DNA of 64,000 nucleotides, taken from the NCBI GenBank assembly GCA_951406725.2, contig OX597820.1:2170001-2234000 (forward strand), given 5' to 3'. The notes below the pieces were generated by a model. It was given only the letters and a program-made list of their open reading frames with translations. It was not told the DNA's origin and did no database searches. Source of the DNA: Octopus vulgaris (lineage: Eukaryota). The position numbers were made by a program, and so were the translations under genes. Numbering within the stretch: the stretch's first letter is position 1; each line of letters begins with the position of its first letter. This document shows, in pieces, positions 11,601-23,600 of the stretch.

Positions 11601-14600
11601 GAAGGAAGGAAGGAAGGAAGGAAGAAAGGAAGGAAGAAAGGAAGAAGGAAGAAAGGAAGGAAGAAAGGAAAGAAGGAAGGAAAGGAAGGAAGGAAGAAAG
11701 GAAGGAAGGAAGGAAGGAAGAAAAGGAAAGAAAGAAGGAAGGAAGAAAGGAAGAAGGAAGGAAAGGAAGGAAGAAGAAAGGAAGAAAGGAAGAAGAAGGA
11801 AGAAGGAAGGAAGGAAGGAAGGAAGAAAGGAAGGAAGAAAGGAAGGAAGAAAGGAAGGAAGGAAGAAAGGAAGGAAGGAAGGAAGGAAGGAAGGAAGGAA
11901 GGAAGGAAGGAAGGAAGGAAGGAAGAAAGGAAGGAAGGAAAGAAGGAACGAAGGAAGGAAGGAAGAAAGGAAGGAAGGAAGGAAGAAAGGAAAGAAAGGA
12001 AGGAAGGAAGGAAGGAAGGAAGGAAGGAAGGAAGGAAGGAAGGAAGGAAGGAAGGAAGGAAGGAAGGAAGGAAGGAAGGAAGGAAGGAAGGACCGAAGGA
12101 ATGGAAAGAAAGGAAGGAACGAAGAAAGGAAGAAAGGAATGAACGAATGAAGGAAGGAAGAAAGGAAGGAAGAAAGGAAGGAAGGAAGAAAGTAAGAAAG
12201 GAAGGAAGGAAGGAAAGAAGGAAGAAAGGAAGAAAGGAAGAAAAGAAGAGGAAGGAAGGAAGAAAGGAAGAAAGGAAGGAAGGAAGAAAGGAAGAAAGGA
12301 AGGAAGGAAGAAAGGAAGAAAGAAAGGAAGGGAAGAAAGGAAGGAAGGAAGGAAGGAAGGAAGAAAGGAAGGAACGAAGAAAGGAAGAAAGGAAGGAAGA
12401 AAGGAAGAAAGGAAGAAAGGAAGGAAGAAAGGAAGAAAGGAAAGGAAGGAAGAAAGGAAGGAAGAAAGAAAGAAAGAAAGGAAGGAAGAAAGGAAGGAAG
12501 AAAGGAAGGAAGGAAGAAGGAAGGAAGAAAGAAGGAAGGAAGGAAGAAAGAAGAAAGAAGGAAGGAAGAAAGGAAGGAAAGGAAGAAAGAGAAGGAAGAA
12601 GGAAGAAAGGAAAGGAAGGAAGGAAGAAAGGAAGGAAGGAAGGAAGAAAGGAAGGAAGAAGAAGGAAGGAAGAAAGGAAGGAAGAGAAGAGAAGGAAGGA
12701 AGAAAGGAAAGGAAAGAAAGAAAGGAAGAAAGGAAGAAAGGAAGGAAGAAAGGAAGGAAGGAAGAAGGAAGGAAGAATGAAGGAAGGAAGGAAGAAAGGA
12801 AGGAAGGAAGAAAGGAAGAAAGGAAGAAGAAGGGAAGAAAGGAAGGAAGAAAGGAAGGAAGGAAGGAAGGAAGAAAGAAAGGAAGGAAGAAAGGAAGAAA
12901 GGAAGGGAGGAAAAAAGGAAAGGAAGAAAGGAAGAAAGGAAGGAAGAAAGGAAGAAAGGAAGAAAGGAAGAAAGGAATGAAGGAAGGAAAGGAAGGAAGA
13001 AAGGAAGGAAGGAAGAAAGAAGGAAGAGAAGGAAGAAAGAAGGAAGAAGAAAGAAGGAAGAAAGGAAGAAAGAAGAAGGAAGAAAGGAAGAAGGGAAGGA
13101 AGGAATGGAGAAAGGAAGGAAGAAAGAAGAAAGGAAGGAAGAAGAAGGAAGAAAGGAAGGAAAAAGGAAGGAAGAAACGAAGGAAGAAAGGAAGGAAGAA
13201 AGAAAGGAAGGAAGGAAGGAAGGAAGAAAGGAAGAAAGGAAGAAAGGAAGGAAAGAAAGGAAGGAAGGAAAGAAGGAAGGAAGAAAGGAAGAAAGGAAGA
13301 AAGGAAGGAAGAAAGGAAGAAAGAAGAAAGAAAGGAAGAAAGAAAGGAAGGAAGAAAGGAAGAAAGGAACGAAGAAAGGAACGAAGGAACAAAGGAAGGA
13401 AGAAAGGAAGAAAGGAAGGAAGAAAGAAAGGAAGGCACGAAGGGAGGAAGAAATGGAGAAAGGAAGAAAGAATGGAAGAAAGGAAGGAACGAAGAAAGGA
13501 AGGAAGGAAGGAAGAAAGGAAGAAAGGGAGGAGGAAAGGAAGGAAGAAAGGAAGTAAGAATCGGAGGAAGAATACAAGGAACGAAGAAAGGAAGGAAGAA
13601 AGGGAGAAAGGACGGAGGATAGGAAGGAACGAAGAAAGGAAGGAAGGAAGGAGGGAAGGAAGAAAAAAAAAAGGAAGAAAGGAAGGAGAAGAAAGGAAGA
13701 AAGTAAGAAAGGAAGGAGGGGAGAAAGGATGAAAGGACGGAAGGAAGGAAGAATGGAAGGAAGGAAGGAAGGAAGAAAGGAAGAAATGAAGAAAGGAAGG
13801 AAGGTAGGAAGGAAAGGAAGGAAGAAAGGAAGAAAGGAAGAAAGGAAGAAGAAGGGAAGAAAGGAAGGAAGAAAGGAAGGAAGGAAGGAAGGAAGAATAG
13901 AAGGAAGGAAGAAAGGAAGAAAGGAAGGGAGGAAAAAAGGAAGGAAGAAATGTAGGAAGGAAGGAAGGAAGAAAGGAAGAAAGGAAGGATGGAAGAAAGG
14001 AAGGTAGGAAGGGAGGAAGAAAGGAAAGTAGGAAGAAAGGAATGGAAGGAAGGAAGAAAGGAAGGAAGAAAGAAAGAAGGAAGAAAGGAAGACAGAAAGG
14101 AAGAAAGGAATGAGGGAAGGAAGGAAGGAGGAAAGGAAGGAAGAAAGGAAGGAAGGAAGAAGAAGGAAGAAAGGAAGAAAGGAAGGAAGGAAGAAACGAA
14201 GGAAGAAAGGAAAAGAAAGAAGAAGGAAGGAAGGAAGAAAGAAGAAAGGAAGAAAGGAAGGAAGGAAGGAAAGAAGGAAGAAAGGAAGGAAGAAAGGAAG
14301 AAAGGAAGAAAGGAAGGAAAGAAAGGAAGAAAGGAAGAAAGGAAGGAACGAAGAAAGGAAGAAAGAAAGGAAGAAAGGAACGAAGAAAGGAACGAAGGAA
14401 CAAAGGAAGGAAGAAAGGAAGAAAGGAAGGAAGAAAGAAAGGAAGGAAGGAAGGGAGGAAGAAATGAAGAAAGGAAGAAAGAATGGAAGAAAGGATGGAA
14501 CGAAGAAAGGAAGAAAGGAAGGAAGAAAGGAAGAAAGGAAGAAAGGAAAGAAAGGAAGGAAGAAAGGAAGAAAGAAGGGAAGAAAGGAAGGAAGAAAGGG

Positions 14601-17600
14601 AGAAAGGAAGGAGGATAGGAAGGAACGAAGAAAGGAAGGAAGGAAGGAGGGAAGGAAGAAAGGAAAAAAGGAAGAAAGGAAGGAGAAGAAAGGAAGAAAG
14701 TAAGAAAGGAAGGAAGGAAGGAAGGAAGGAAGAAAGGGAGGAAGAGAGGAAGGAAGGAAGAAAGGAAGAAAGGAAGGAAGAAAGGAAGGAAGGAAGAAAG
14801 GATGAAAGGAAGGAAGGAAGGAAGAAAGGAAGGAAGGAAGGAAGGAAGAAAGGAGGAAATGAAGAAAGGAAGGAAGGTAGGGAGGAAGGAAGGGAGAAAG
14901 AGGGAAGAAAGAAAGGAAGGAAGGAAGGAAGGAAGGAAGGAAGGAAGGAAGGAAGAAAGAAGGAAGAAAGGAAGGAAGGAAGGAAGGAAGGAAGAAAGGA
15001 AGGAAGGAAAGAATGAAAGGAAGGAAGGAAGGAAGAAAGGAAGGAAGGAAGGAAGGAAGGAAGGAAGGAAGGAAGAAAGGAAGAAAGGAAGGAAGGAAGG
15101 AAAGAAGGACCGAAGGAAGGAAGGAAGAAAGGAAGAAAGGAAGGAAGGAAGGAAGAAAGGCAGGAAGAAAGGAAGAAAGGAAGAAAGGAAGGAAAGGAAG
15201 GAAGGAAGGAAGGAAGGAAGGAAGGAAGGAAGGAAGGAAGGAAGGAAGGAAGGAAGGAAGGAAGGAAGAAGAAAGGAAGGAATGAAGAAAGGCAGGAAGA
15301 AAGGAAGGAAGGAAGGAAGGAAGGAAGAAAGGAAGGAAGAAAGAAAGGAGGAAAGGAAGGAAGGAAGGAAAGAATGACCGAAGGAAGGAAGGAAGAAAGG
15401 AAGGAACGAAGAAAGGAAGAAAGGAAGGAACGAAGAAAGGAAGGAAGAAAGGAAGGAAGGAAGAAAGGAAGAAAGGAAGGATGGAAGGAAAGAAGGAAGA
15501 AAGGAAGAAAGGAAGGAAGTAAGGAAGGAAGAAAGGAAGAAAGGAAGGAAGGAAGGAAGGAAGGAAGGAAGGAAGGAAGGAAGGAAGGAAGAAAGGAAGA
15601 AAGAAAAAAAGGAAGGAAGGAAGAAAGGAAAAAAGGAAGGAACGAAGAAAGGAATGAAGGAAGGAAGAAAGGAAGGAAGGAAGAAAGGAAGGAAGAACGG
15701 AAGAGAGGAAGGAGGAAAGGAAGGAAGAAAGAAAGGAAAGAAAGGATGGAAGAAAGGAAGGAAGGAAAGAAAGGAAGGAAAGGAATGAAGGAAAAAAGGA
15801 AGGAAGGAAGAGAGGAAAGAAAGGAAGAAAGGAATGAAGAAAGAAAGGAAGAAAGGAAGGAAGAAAGAAAAGGAAGAAAGGAAGGAAGAAAGGAAGGAAG
15901 GAAGAAAGGAAGAAAGGAAGAAAGGAAGAAAGGAAGGAAGAAAGGAAGGAAGAAAGGAAGAAAGGAAGAAAGGAAGGAAGGAAGAAAGGAAGGAAGGAAG
16001 GAAGGAAGGAAAGAAGGAAGAAAGGAAGGAAGGAAGGAAGAAAGGAAGGAAGAATGAAAGAAGGAAGAAAGGAAGAAAGAAAGGAAGAAAGGAATGAAGG
16101 AAGGAAGGAAGGAAGGAAGGAAGAAAGGAAGGAAGGAAGAAAGGAAGGAAGAAAGAAAGGAAGAAACGAAGGAAGGAAGAAACGAAGGAAGAAAGGAAGG
16201 AAGAAAGGAAGGAAGGAAGGAAAGAAGAAAGGAAGAAAGGAAGAGAGGAAGGAAAGAACGAAGTAAGGAAAGAAGAAAGGAAGAAGGAAGGAAGGAAAAG
16301 GAAGGAAGGAAGAAAGGAAGGAAAGGAAGGAACGAAGGAAGGAAGAAAGGAAGAAAGGAAGGAAGAAAGAAAGGAAGGAAGGAAGGAAGAAAGGAAGAAA
16401 GGAAGGAAGAATGGAAGAAAGGAAGGAACGAAGAAAGGAAGGAAGGAAGGAAGAAAGGAAGAAAGGGAGGAGGAAAGGAAGGAAGAAAGGAAGTAAGAAT
16501 CGGAGGAAGAATAGAAGGAACGAAGAAAGGAAGGAAGGAAGGAGGGAGGGAAGAAAGGAAAAAAGGAAGAAAGGAAGGAAGAAAGGAAGAAAGGAAGAAA
16601 GGAAGGAAGGAAAGAAGGAAGGAAGAAAGGAAGAAGGAAGGAAGGAAGGAAGAAAGGAAGGAAGAAAGGAAGAAAGAAAGGAAGGAAAGGAAGGAAGGAA
16701 GAAGGAAGAAAGGAAGGAAGGAAGGAAGGAAGAAGAAGGAAGGAAGGAAGGAAGAAAGGAAGGAAGAAAGGAAGAAAGGAAGGAAGAAAAAGGAAAGAAG
16801 GAAGGAAGAAAGGAAGGAAGGAAGGAAGAAGGAAGAAAGGAAGGAAGAAAGGAAGGAAGAAAGAAGAAAGGAAGAAAGAAGGAAGAAAGGAAGGAAGGAA
16901 GAAAGGAAGAAAGGAAGGAAGGAAGGAAGGAAGGAAGAAAGGAAGGAAGGAAGGAAGAAGGAAGGAAGGAAGGAAGAAAGGAAGGAAAGAAGGAAGGAAG
17001 GAAGAAAGGAAGGAAGGAAGGAAGAAAGGAAGAAAGAAAAAGGAAGGAAGGAAGAAAAGGAAGAAAGGAAGGAACGAAGAAAGGAAGAAAGGAAGGAAGA
17101 AAGGAAGGAAGGAAGAAAGGAAGGAAGAAGGAAGGAAGAAAGGAAGGAAAGGAAGGAAGAAAGAAAGGAAGAAAGGAAGGAAGAAAGGAAGGAAGGAAGA
17201 AGGAAGGAAGAGGAAGGAAGGAAGGAAGGAAGAAAGAAAGGAAGAAAGGAAGAAAGGAAGAAGAAAGGAAGAAAGGAAGAAAGGAAGGAAGAAAGGAAGG
17301 AAGGAAGGAAGGAAGAAAGAAGGAAGGAAGAAAGGAAGAAAGGAAGAGGAAGGAAGAAAGGAAGGAAGAAGGAAGAAAGGAAGGAAGGAAGGAAGGAAAG
17401 GAAGGAAGGAAGGAAGAAAGGAAGGAAGAAGAAGAAAGAAGGAAGGAAAGGAAGAAAGGAAGGAAAGGAAGGAAGGAAGAAAGGAAGGAAGAAAGGAAGG
17501 AAGGAAGAAAGGAAAGAAAGGAAGTAAGAAGGAAGAAAGGAAAGAATGAAGAAAGGAAGGAAGGAAGGAAGAAGGAAGAAAGGAAGAAAGGAAGAAAGGA

Positions 17601-20600
17601 AGGAAAGAAGGAACGAAGGAAGGAAGGAAGAAAGGAAGGAAGGAAGGAAGGAAGGAAGGAAGAAAGGAAGAAGGAAGGAAAGAAAGGAAGGAAGAAAGGA
17701 AGGAGGAAAGGAAGAAAGGAAGAAAGGAAGAAGGAAGGAAGGAAGGAAGAAAGGAAGAAAGGAAGGAAGAAAGGAAGGAAGGAAGGAAGGAAGAAAGGAA
17801 GAAAGGAAGGAAGAAAGGAAGAAAGGAAGGAACGAAGAAAGGAAGGAAGGAAGGAAGAAAGGAAGAAAGGAAGGAGGAAAGGAAGGAAGAAAGGAAGGAA
17901 GAAAGGAAGGAAGGAAGAAACGAAGAAAGGAAGGAAGGAAGGAGGGAAGGAAGAAAGGAAAAAAGGAAGAAAGGAAGGAAGGAAGGAAAGAAAGGAAGAA
18001 AGGAAGAAAGGAAGGAAGGAAGAAAGAAAGGAAGAAACAAAGGAAGGAAGGAACGAAGGAAGGAAGGAAGAAAGGAAGAAAGAAAAGGAAGGAAGGAAGG
18101 AAAGAAGGAAGGAAGGAAGGAAGGAAGAAAGGAAGAAGGAAGGAAGGAAGGAAGAAAGGAAGGAAGAAAGGAAGGAAAGGAAGGAAGGAAGAAAGGAAGA
18201 AAGGAAGAAAGGAAAAGGAAGAAAGAAAGGAAGGAAGGAAAGGAAGGAAGAAAGGAAGGAAGAAAGAAAGAAAGGAAGAAAGGAAGAAAGGAAGGAAGGA
18301 AAAGGAAGAAAGGAAGGAAGGAAGAAAGGAAGGAAGGAAGGAAGGAAGAAGGAAAGGAAGAAGAAAAGAAGGAAGAAAGGAAGGAAGGAAGAAAGGAAGG
18401 AAGGAAGGAAGGAAGAAAGGAAGAAAGGAAGAAGGAAGAAAGGAAGGAAGGAAGGAAGGAAGAAAGGAATGAAGGGAGGAAGAAAGGAAGGAAGATAGGA
18501 AAGAAGAAAGGAAGAAAGCGAGGAGGAAATGAAGGTCTGAAGAAAGAAAGAAAGGAAGGAAGGAAGGAAAGGAAGGAAGGAAGGAAGGAAGGAAAGGAAG
18601 GAAGGAAGGAAAGGAAGGAAGGAAGAAAGGAAGGAAAGGAAGGAAAGAAGAAGGAAGGAAGGAAGGGGAAGGAAGAAGAACGAAGGAAAGAAAGGAAAGA
18701 AAAGGGAAGAAGAAAGGAAGGAAGGAAGGAAGGAAGGAAGGAAGGAAGGAAAGAAAGGAAGGAAGGAAGAAAGAAGGAAGAAAGGAAGGAAGGAAGAAAG
18801 AAGGAAGAAGAAGGAAGGAAGGAAGGAAAGGAAGGAAGAAAGGAAGGAAGAAGGAAGGAAGGAAGGAAGGAAGGAAGGAAGGAAGAAGAAGGAAGGAAGG
18901 AAGAAGGAAGAAGGAAGGAAGGAAGGAAGAAAGGAAGGAAGAAGGAAGGAAGGAAGAAAGGCAGGAAGAAAGGAAGAAAGGAAGGAAGGAAGAAAGGAAG
19001 GAAGGAAGGAAGAAAGGAAGGAAAGGAAGGAAAGAAGGAAGAAAAAGGAAGGAAGAAAGGAAGGAAGGAAGGAAGAAAGGAAGGAAGAAAGGAAGGAAGG
19101 AAGGAAGGAAGGAAGAAAGGAAGGAAGAAGAAAAAGGAAGAAAGGAAGAAAGGAAGGAAGGAAGGAAAGAAAGGAAGGAAGGAAGGAAGGAAGAAAGGAA
19201 GGAAAGGAAGAAAGGAAGAAAGGAAGGAAGAAAAGGAAGGAAGAAAGAAGGAAGGAAGAAAGGAAGGAAGGAAGAAAGGAAGAAAGGAAGGAAGGAAGGA
19301 AAGAAGGAAGGAAGGAAGAAAGGAAGAAGAAGAAAGGAAGGAAGAAAGGAAGAAAGGAAGGAAAGAAGGAAGGAAGAAAGGAAGGAAGGAAGGAAGGAAG
19401 AAAGGAAGAAAGAAAAAGGAAGGAAGGAAGAAAGGAAGGAAGGAAGGAAAAGAAAGGAATGAAGGAAGGAAGAAAGGAAGGAAGGAAGAATGGAAGGAAG
19501 AACGGAAGAGAGGAAGGAGGAAAGGAAGGAAGAAAGAAAGAAAGAAAGGATGGAAGAAAGGAAGGAAGAAAGGAAGGAAGGAAGAAGGGAAGGAAGAATA
19601 AGGAAGGAAGGAAGAAAGGAAGGAAGGAAGAAAGGAAGAAAGGAAGAAAGGAACGAAGAAGGAAGGAAGAAAGGAAGGAAGAAAGGAAAGGAAGGAAGGA
19701 AGGAAGGAAGAAAGGAAGGAAGGAAGGAAAGGAAGGAAGGAAGAAAGGAAGGAAAGAAAGAAAGGAAAGGAAGGAAGAAAGGAAGGAAGGAAGGAAGGAA
19801 GGAAGGAAGGAAGGAAGGAAAGAAGGAAGGAAGGAAGGAAGGAAAGAAGGAAGGAAGAAAGAAAGGAAGGAAGGAAGGAAGGAAGGAAGAAAGGAAGAAA
19901 GGAAGAAAGGAAGGAAGGAAGGAAAGAAGGAAGGAAGGAAAGGAAGGAAGAAAGAAGGAAGGAAGGAAGAAAGGAGGAAGAAAGGAAGAAAGGAAGGAAG
20001 GAAGGAAAGAAGGAAGGAAGGAAGAAAGGAAGGAAGGAAGGAAAGAAGGAAAGGAAGGAAGGAAGGAAGAAAGGAAGGAAGGAAGGAAGGAAGGAAGAAA
20101 GGAAGGAAGAAAGGAGGAAGAAAGGAAGAAAGGAAGGAAGGAAGGAAGGAAGGAAGGAAGGAAGGAAGGAAGGAAGGAAGAAAGGAAGGAAGGAAGGAAG
20201 GAAGAAAGAAAGGAAGGAAGGAAGAAAGAAAGGAAGAAAGGAAGGAAGGAAGGAAGGAAGGAAGAAAGGAAGGAAGAAAGAAAGGAGGAAAGGAAGGAAG
20301 GAAGGAAGGAAGGAAGGAAGGAAGAAGAAAGGAAGGAACGAAGAAAGGAAGAAAGGAAGGAACGAATGAAGGAAGGAAGAAAGGAAGGAAGGAAGAAAGG
20401 AAGAAAGGAAGGAAGGAAGGAAAGAAGGAAGAAAGGAAGAAAGGAAGGAAGTAAGGAAGGGAGAAAGGAAGAAAGGAAGGAAAGAAGGAAGGAAGGAAGG
20501 AAGGAAGGAAGGAAGAAAGGAAGAAAGAAGAAAGGAAGGAAGGAAGAAAGGAAGAAAGGAAGGAAGAAAGAAGAAAGGAAGGAAGGAAGGAAGAAAGGAA

Positions 20601-23600
20601 GGAAGGAAGAAAGGAAGGAAGAACGGAAGAGAGGAAGGAGGAAAGGAAGGAAGAAAGAAAGGAAGAAAGGAAAGAAAGGAAGGAAGAAGGGAAGGAAGAA
20701 TGAAGGAAGGAAGGAAGGATGGAAGAAAGGAAGAAAGGAAGAAAGGAACGAAGAAGGGAAGAAAGGAAGGAAGAAAGGAAGGAAGGAAGGGAAGGAAGGA
20801 AGGAAGGAAGGAAGAAAGGAAGAAAGGAAGGAGGAAAGGAAGGAAGAAATGAAGGAATGAAGGAAGGAAGAAAGGAAGAAAGGAAGGAAGGAAGAAAGGA
20901 AGGAAGGAAGGAAGGAAGAAAGGAAAGAAGGAAGAAAGGAAGGAAGGAAGGAAGAAAGGAAGGAAGGAAGAAAGGAAGGAAGAAAGGAAGGAAAGAAAGG
21001 AAGAAAGGAAAGGAAGGAAGGAAAGAAAGAAAGGAAGGAACGAAGAAAGGAAGGAACGAAGAAAGGAAGAAAGGAAGGAACGAAGGAACGAAGGAAGGAA
21101 GAAAGGAAGGAAGGAAGAAAGGAAGAAAGGAAGGAAGGAAGGAAAGAAGGAAGAAAGGAAGAAAGGAAGGAAGGAAGGAAGGAAGAAAGGAAGAAAGGAA
21201 GGAAAGAAGGAAGGAAGGAAGGAAGGAAGGAAGGAAGAAAGGAAGAAAGAAAGAAAGGAAGGAAGGAAGAAAGGAAAAAAGGAAGGAACGAAGAAAGGAA
21301 TGAAGGAAGGAAGAAAGGAAGGAAGGAAGAAAGGAAGGAAGAAAGGAAGAGAGGAAGGAGGAAAGGAAGGAAGAAAGAAAGGAAGAAAGGAAGGAAGAAA
21401 GGAAGGAAGGAAGGAAGGAATGAAGGAAGGAAGGAAGGAAAGGAAGGAAGGAAGAAAGGAAGAAAGGAAGAAAGGAAGGAAGAAAGGAAGGAAGAAAGGA
21501 AGGAAGGATGGAAGGAAGAAAGGAAGGAAGGAAGAAAGGAAGAAAGGAAGAAAGAAAGAAGGAAGGAAGAAAGGAAGGAAGGAAGGAAGAAAGGAAGAAA
21601 GGAAGGATGGAAGAAAGGAAGGAAGGAAGGGAGGAAGAAAGGAAAGGAAGGAAGAAAGGAAGGAAGGAAGGAAGAAAGGAAGGAAGAATGAAAGAAGGAA
21701 GAAAGGAAGAAAGAAAGGAAGAAAGGAAGGAAGAAGGAAGGAAGGAGAAAAGGAAGGAAGAAAGGAAGGAAGGAAGAAGAGAGGGAAGAAACGAAGAAAC
21801 GAAGGAAGGAAGAAACGAAGGAAGAAAGGAAAGAACGAAGATAGGAAGGAAGGAAGGAAAGAAGAAAGGAAGAAAGGAAGAGAGGAAGGAAAGAACGAAG
21901 TAAGGAAAGAAGAAAGGAAGAAAGGAAGAAAGGAAGGAAGAAAGGGACGAACGAAGAAAGAAAGGAACGAAAAAAGGAAGGCACGAAGAAAGGAAGAAAG
22001 GAACGAAGAAAGGAACGAAGGAACGAAGGAAGGAAGAAAGGAAGAAAGGAAGGAAGAAAGAAAGGAAGGAAGGAAGGAAGAAAGGAAGGAAGGAAGGAAG
22101 AAGGAAGAAAGGAAGGAACGAAGAAAGGAAGGAAGGAAGGAAGAAAGGAAGAAAGGGAGGAGGAAAGGAAGGAAGAAAGGAAGTAAGAATCGGAGGAAGA
22201 ATAGAAGGAACGAAGAAAGGACGGAAGGAAGGAGGGAAGGAAGAAAGGAAAAGAGGAAGAAAGGAAGGAAGGAAGGAAGAAAGGAAGAAAGGAAGAAAGG
22301 AAGGAAGGAAGAAACGAAAGAAGAAACAAAGGAAGGAAGGAACGAAGGAAGGAAGGAAGAAAGGAAGAAAGAAAGGAGGAAAGGAAGGCACGAAGAAGGA
22401 AGGAAGGAAGGAAGGAAGAAATGAAGAAGGGAAGGAAGAATGGAAGAAAGGAAGGAAGAATGGAGGAAAGGAAGAAACGAAGAAACGAACAAACGAAGAA
22501 AGGAAGAAAGGAAGGAATAAAGGAAGGAAGGTATAATTAAAGGAAGAAAGGAAGGAAGAAAGAAAGAAAGGAAGAAAAAAGGAAAGGAAGGAAGGAAGAA
22601 AGGAAGAAAGGAAGGAAGGAAGGAAGGAAGGAAGAAAGGAAGGAAGGAAAGAAAGGAAGAAAGGAAGAAAGAAAGGAAGAAAGGAAGGAAGGAAGGAAGG
22701 AAGGAAGGAAGGAAGGAAGAAAGGAAGAAAGAAAGAAAGGAAGGAAGGAAGAAAGGAAGAAAGGAAGGAAGGAAGAAAGGAATGAAGGAAGAAAGAAAGG
22801 AAGAAAGGAAGGAAGGAAGGAAGAACGGAAGGAAGGAAGGAAGAAAGGAAGGAAGAAAGAAAGGAAGAAAGGATGGAAGAAAGGAAGGAAGGAAGAAGGG
22901 AAGGAAGAATGAAGGAAGGAAGGAAGGAAGAAAGAAAGGAAGAAAGGAAGAAAGGAACGAAGGGAAGAAAGGAAGGAAGAAAGGAAGGAAGGATGGAAGG
23001 AAGAATAGAAGGAAGGAAGAAAGGAAGAAAGGAACGATGGAAGAAAGGAAGGAAGGAAGGGAGGAAGAAAGGAAAGAAGGAAGAAAGGAAGGAAGGAAGG
23101 AAGAAAGGAAGGAAGAATGAAAGGAAGGAGGAAAGGAAGAAAGGAATGAGGAAGGAAGGAAGGAGGAAAGGAAGGAAGAAAGGAAGGAAGGAAGAAGGGA
23201 GGAAAGAAAGGAAGAAACGAAGGAAGAAAGGAAAGAACGAAGAAAGGAAGGAAGGAAGGAAAGAAGAAAGGAAGAAAGGAAGAAAGGAAGGAAAGAAGAA
23301 GAAGGAAGAAAGAAAGGAAGAAAGGAAGAAAGGAAGGAAGAAAGGGACGAACGAAGAAAGAAAGGAACGAAAAAAGGAAGGCACGAAGAAAGGAAGAAAG
23401 GAACGAAGAAAGGAACGAAGGAACGAAGGAAGGAAGAAAGGAAGAAAGGAAGGAAGAAAGAAAGGAAGGAAGGAAGGAAGAAAGGAAGAAAGGAAGGAAG
23501 AAGGAAGAAAGGAAGGAAGAAGAAAGGAAGGAAGGAAGGAAGAAAGGAAGAAAGGAAGGAAAGGAAGGAAGAAGGAAGGAAGGAAGGAAGAAGAAAGAAG

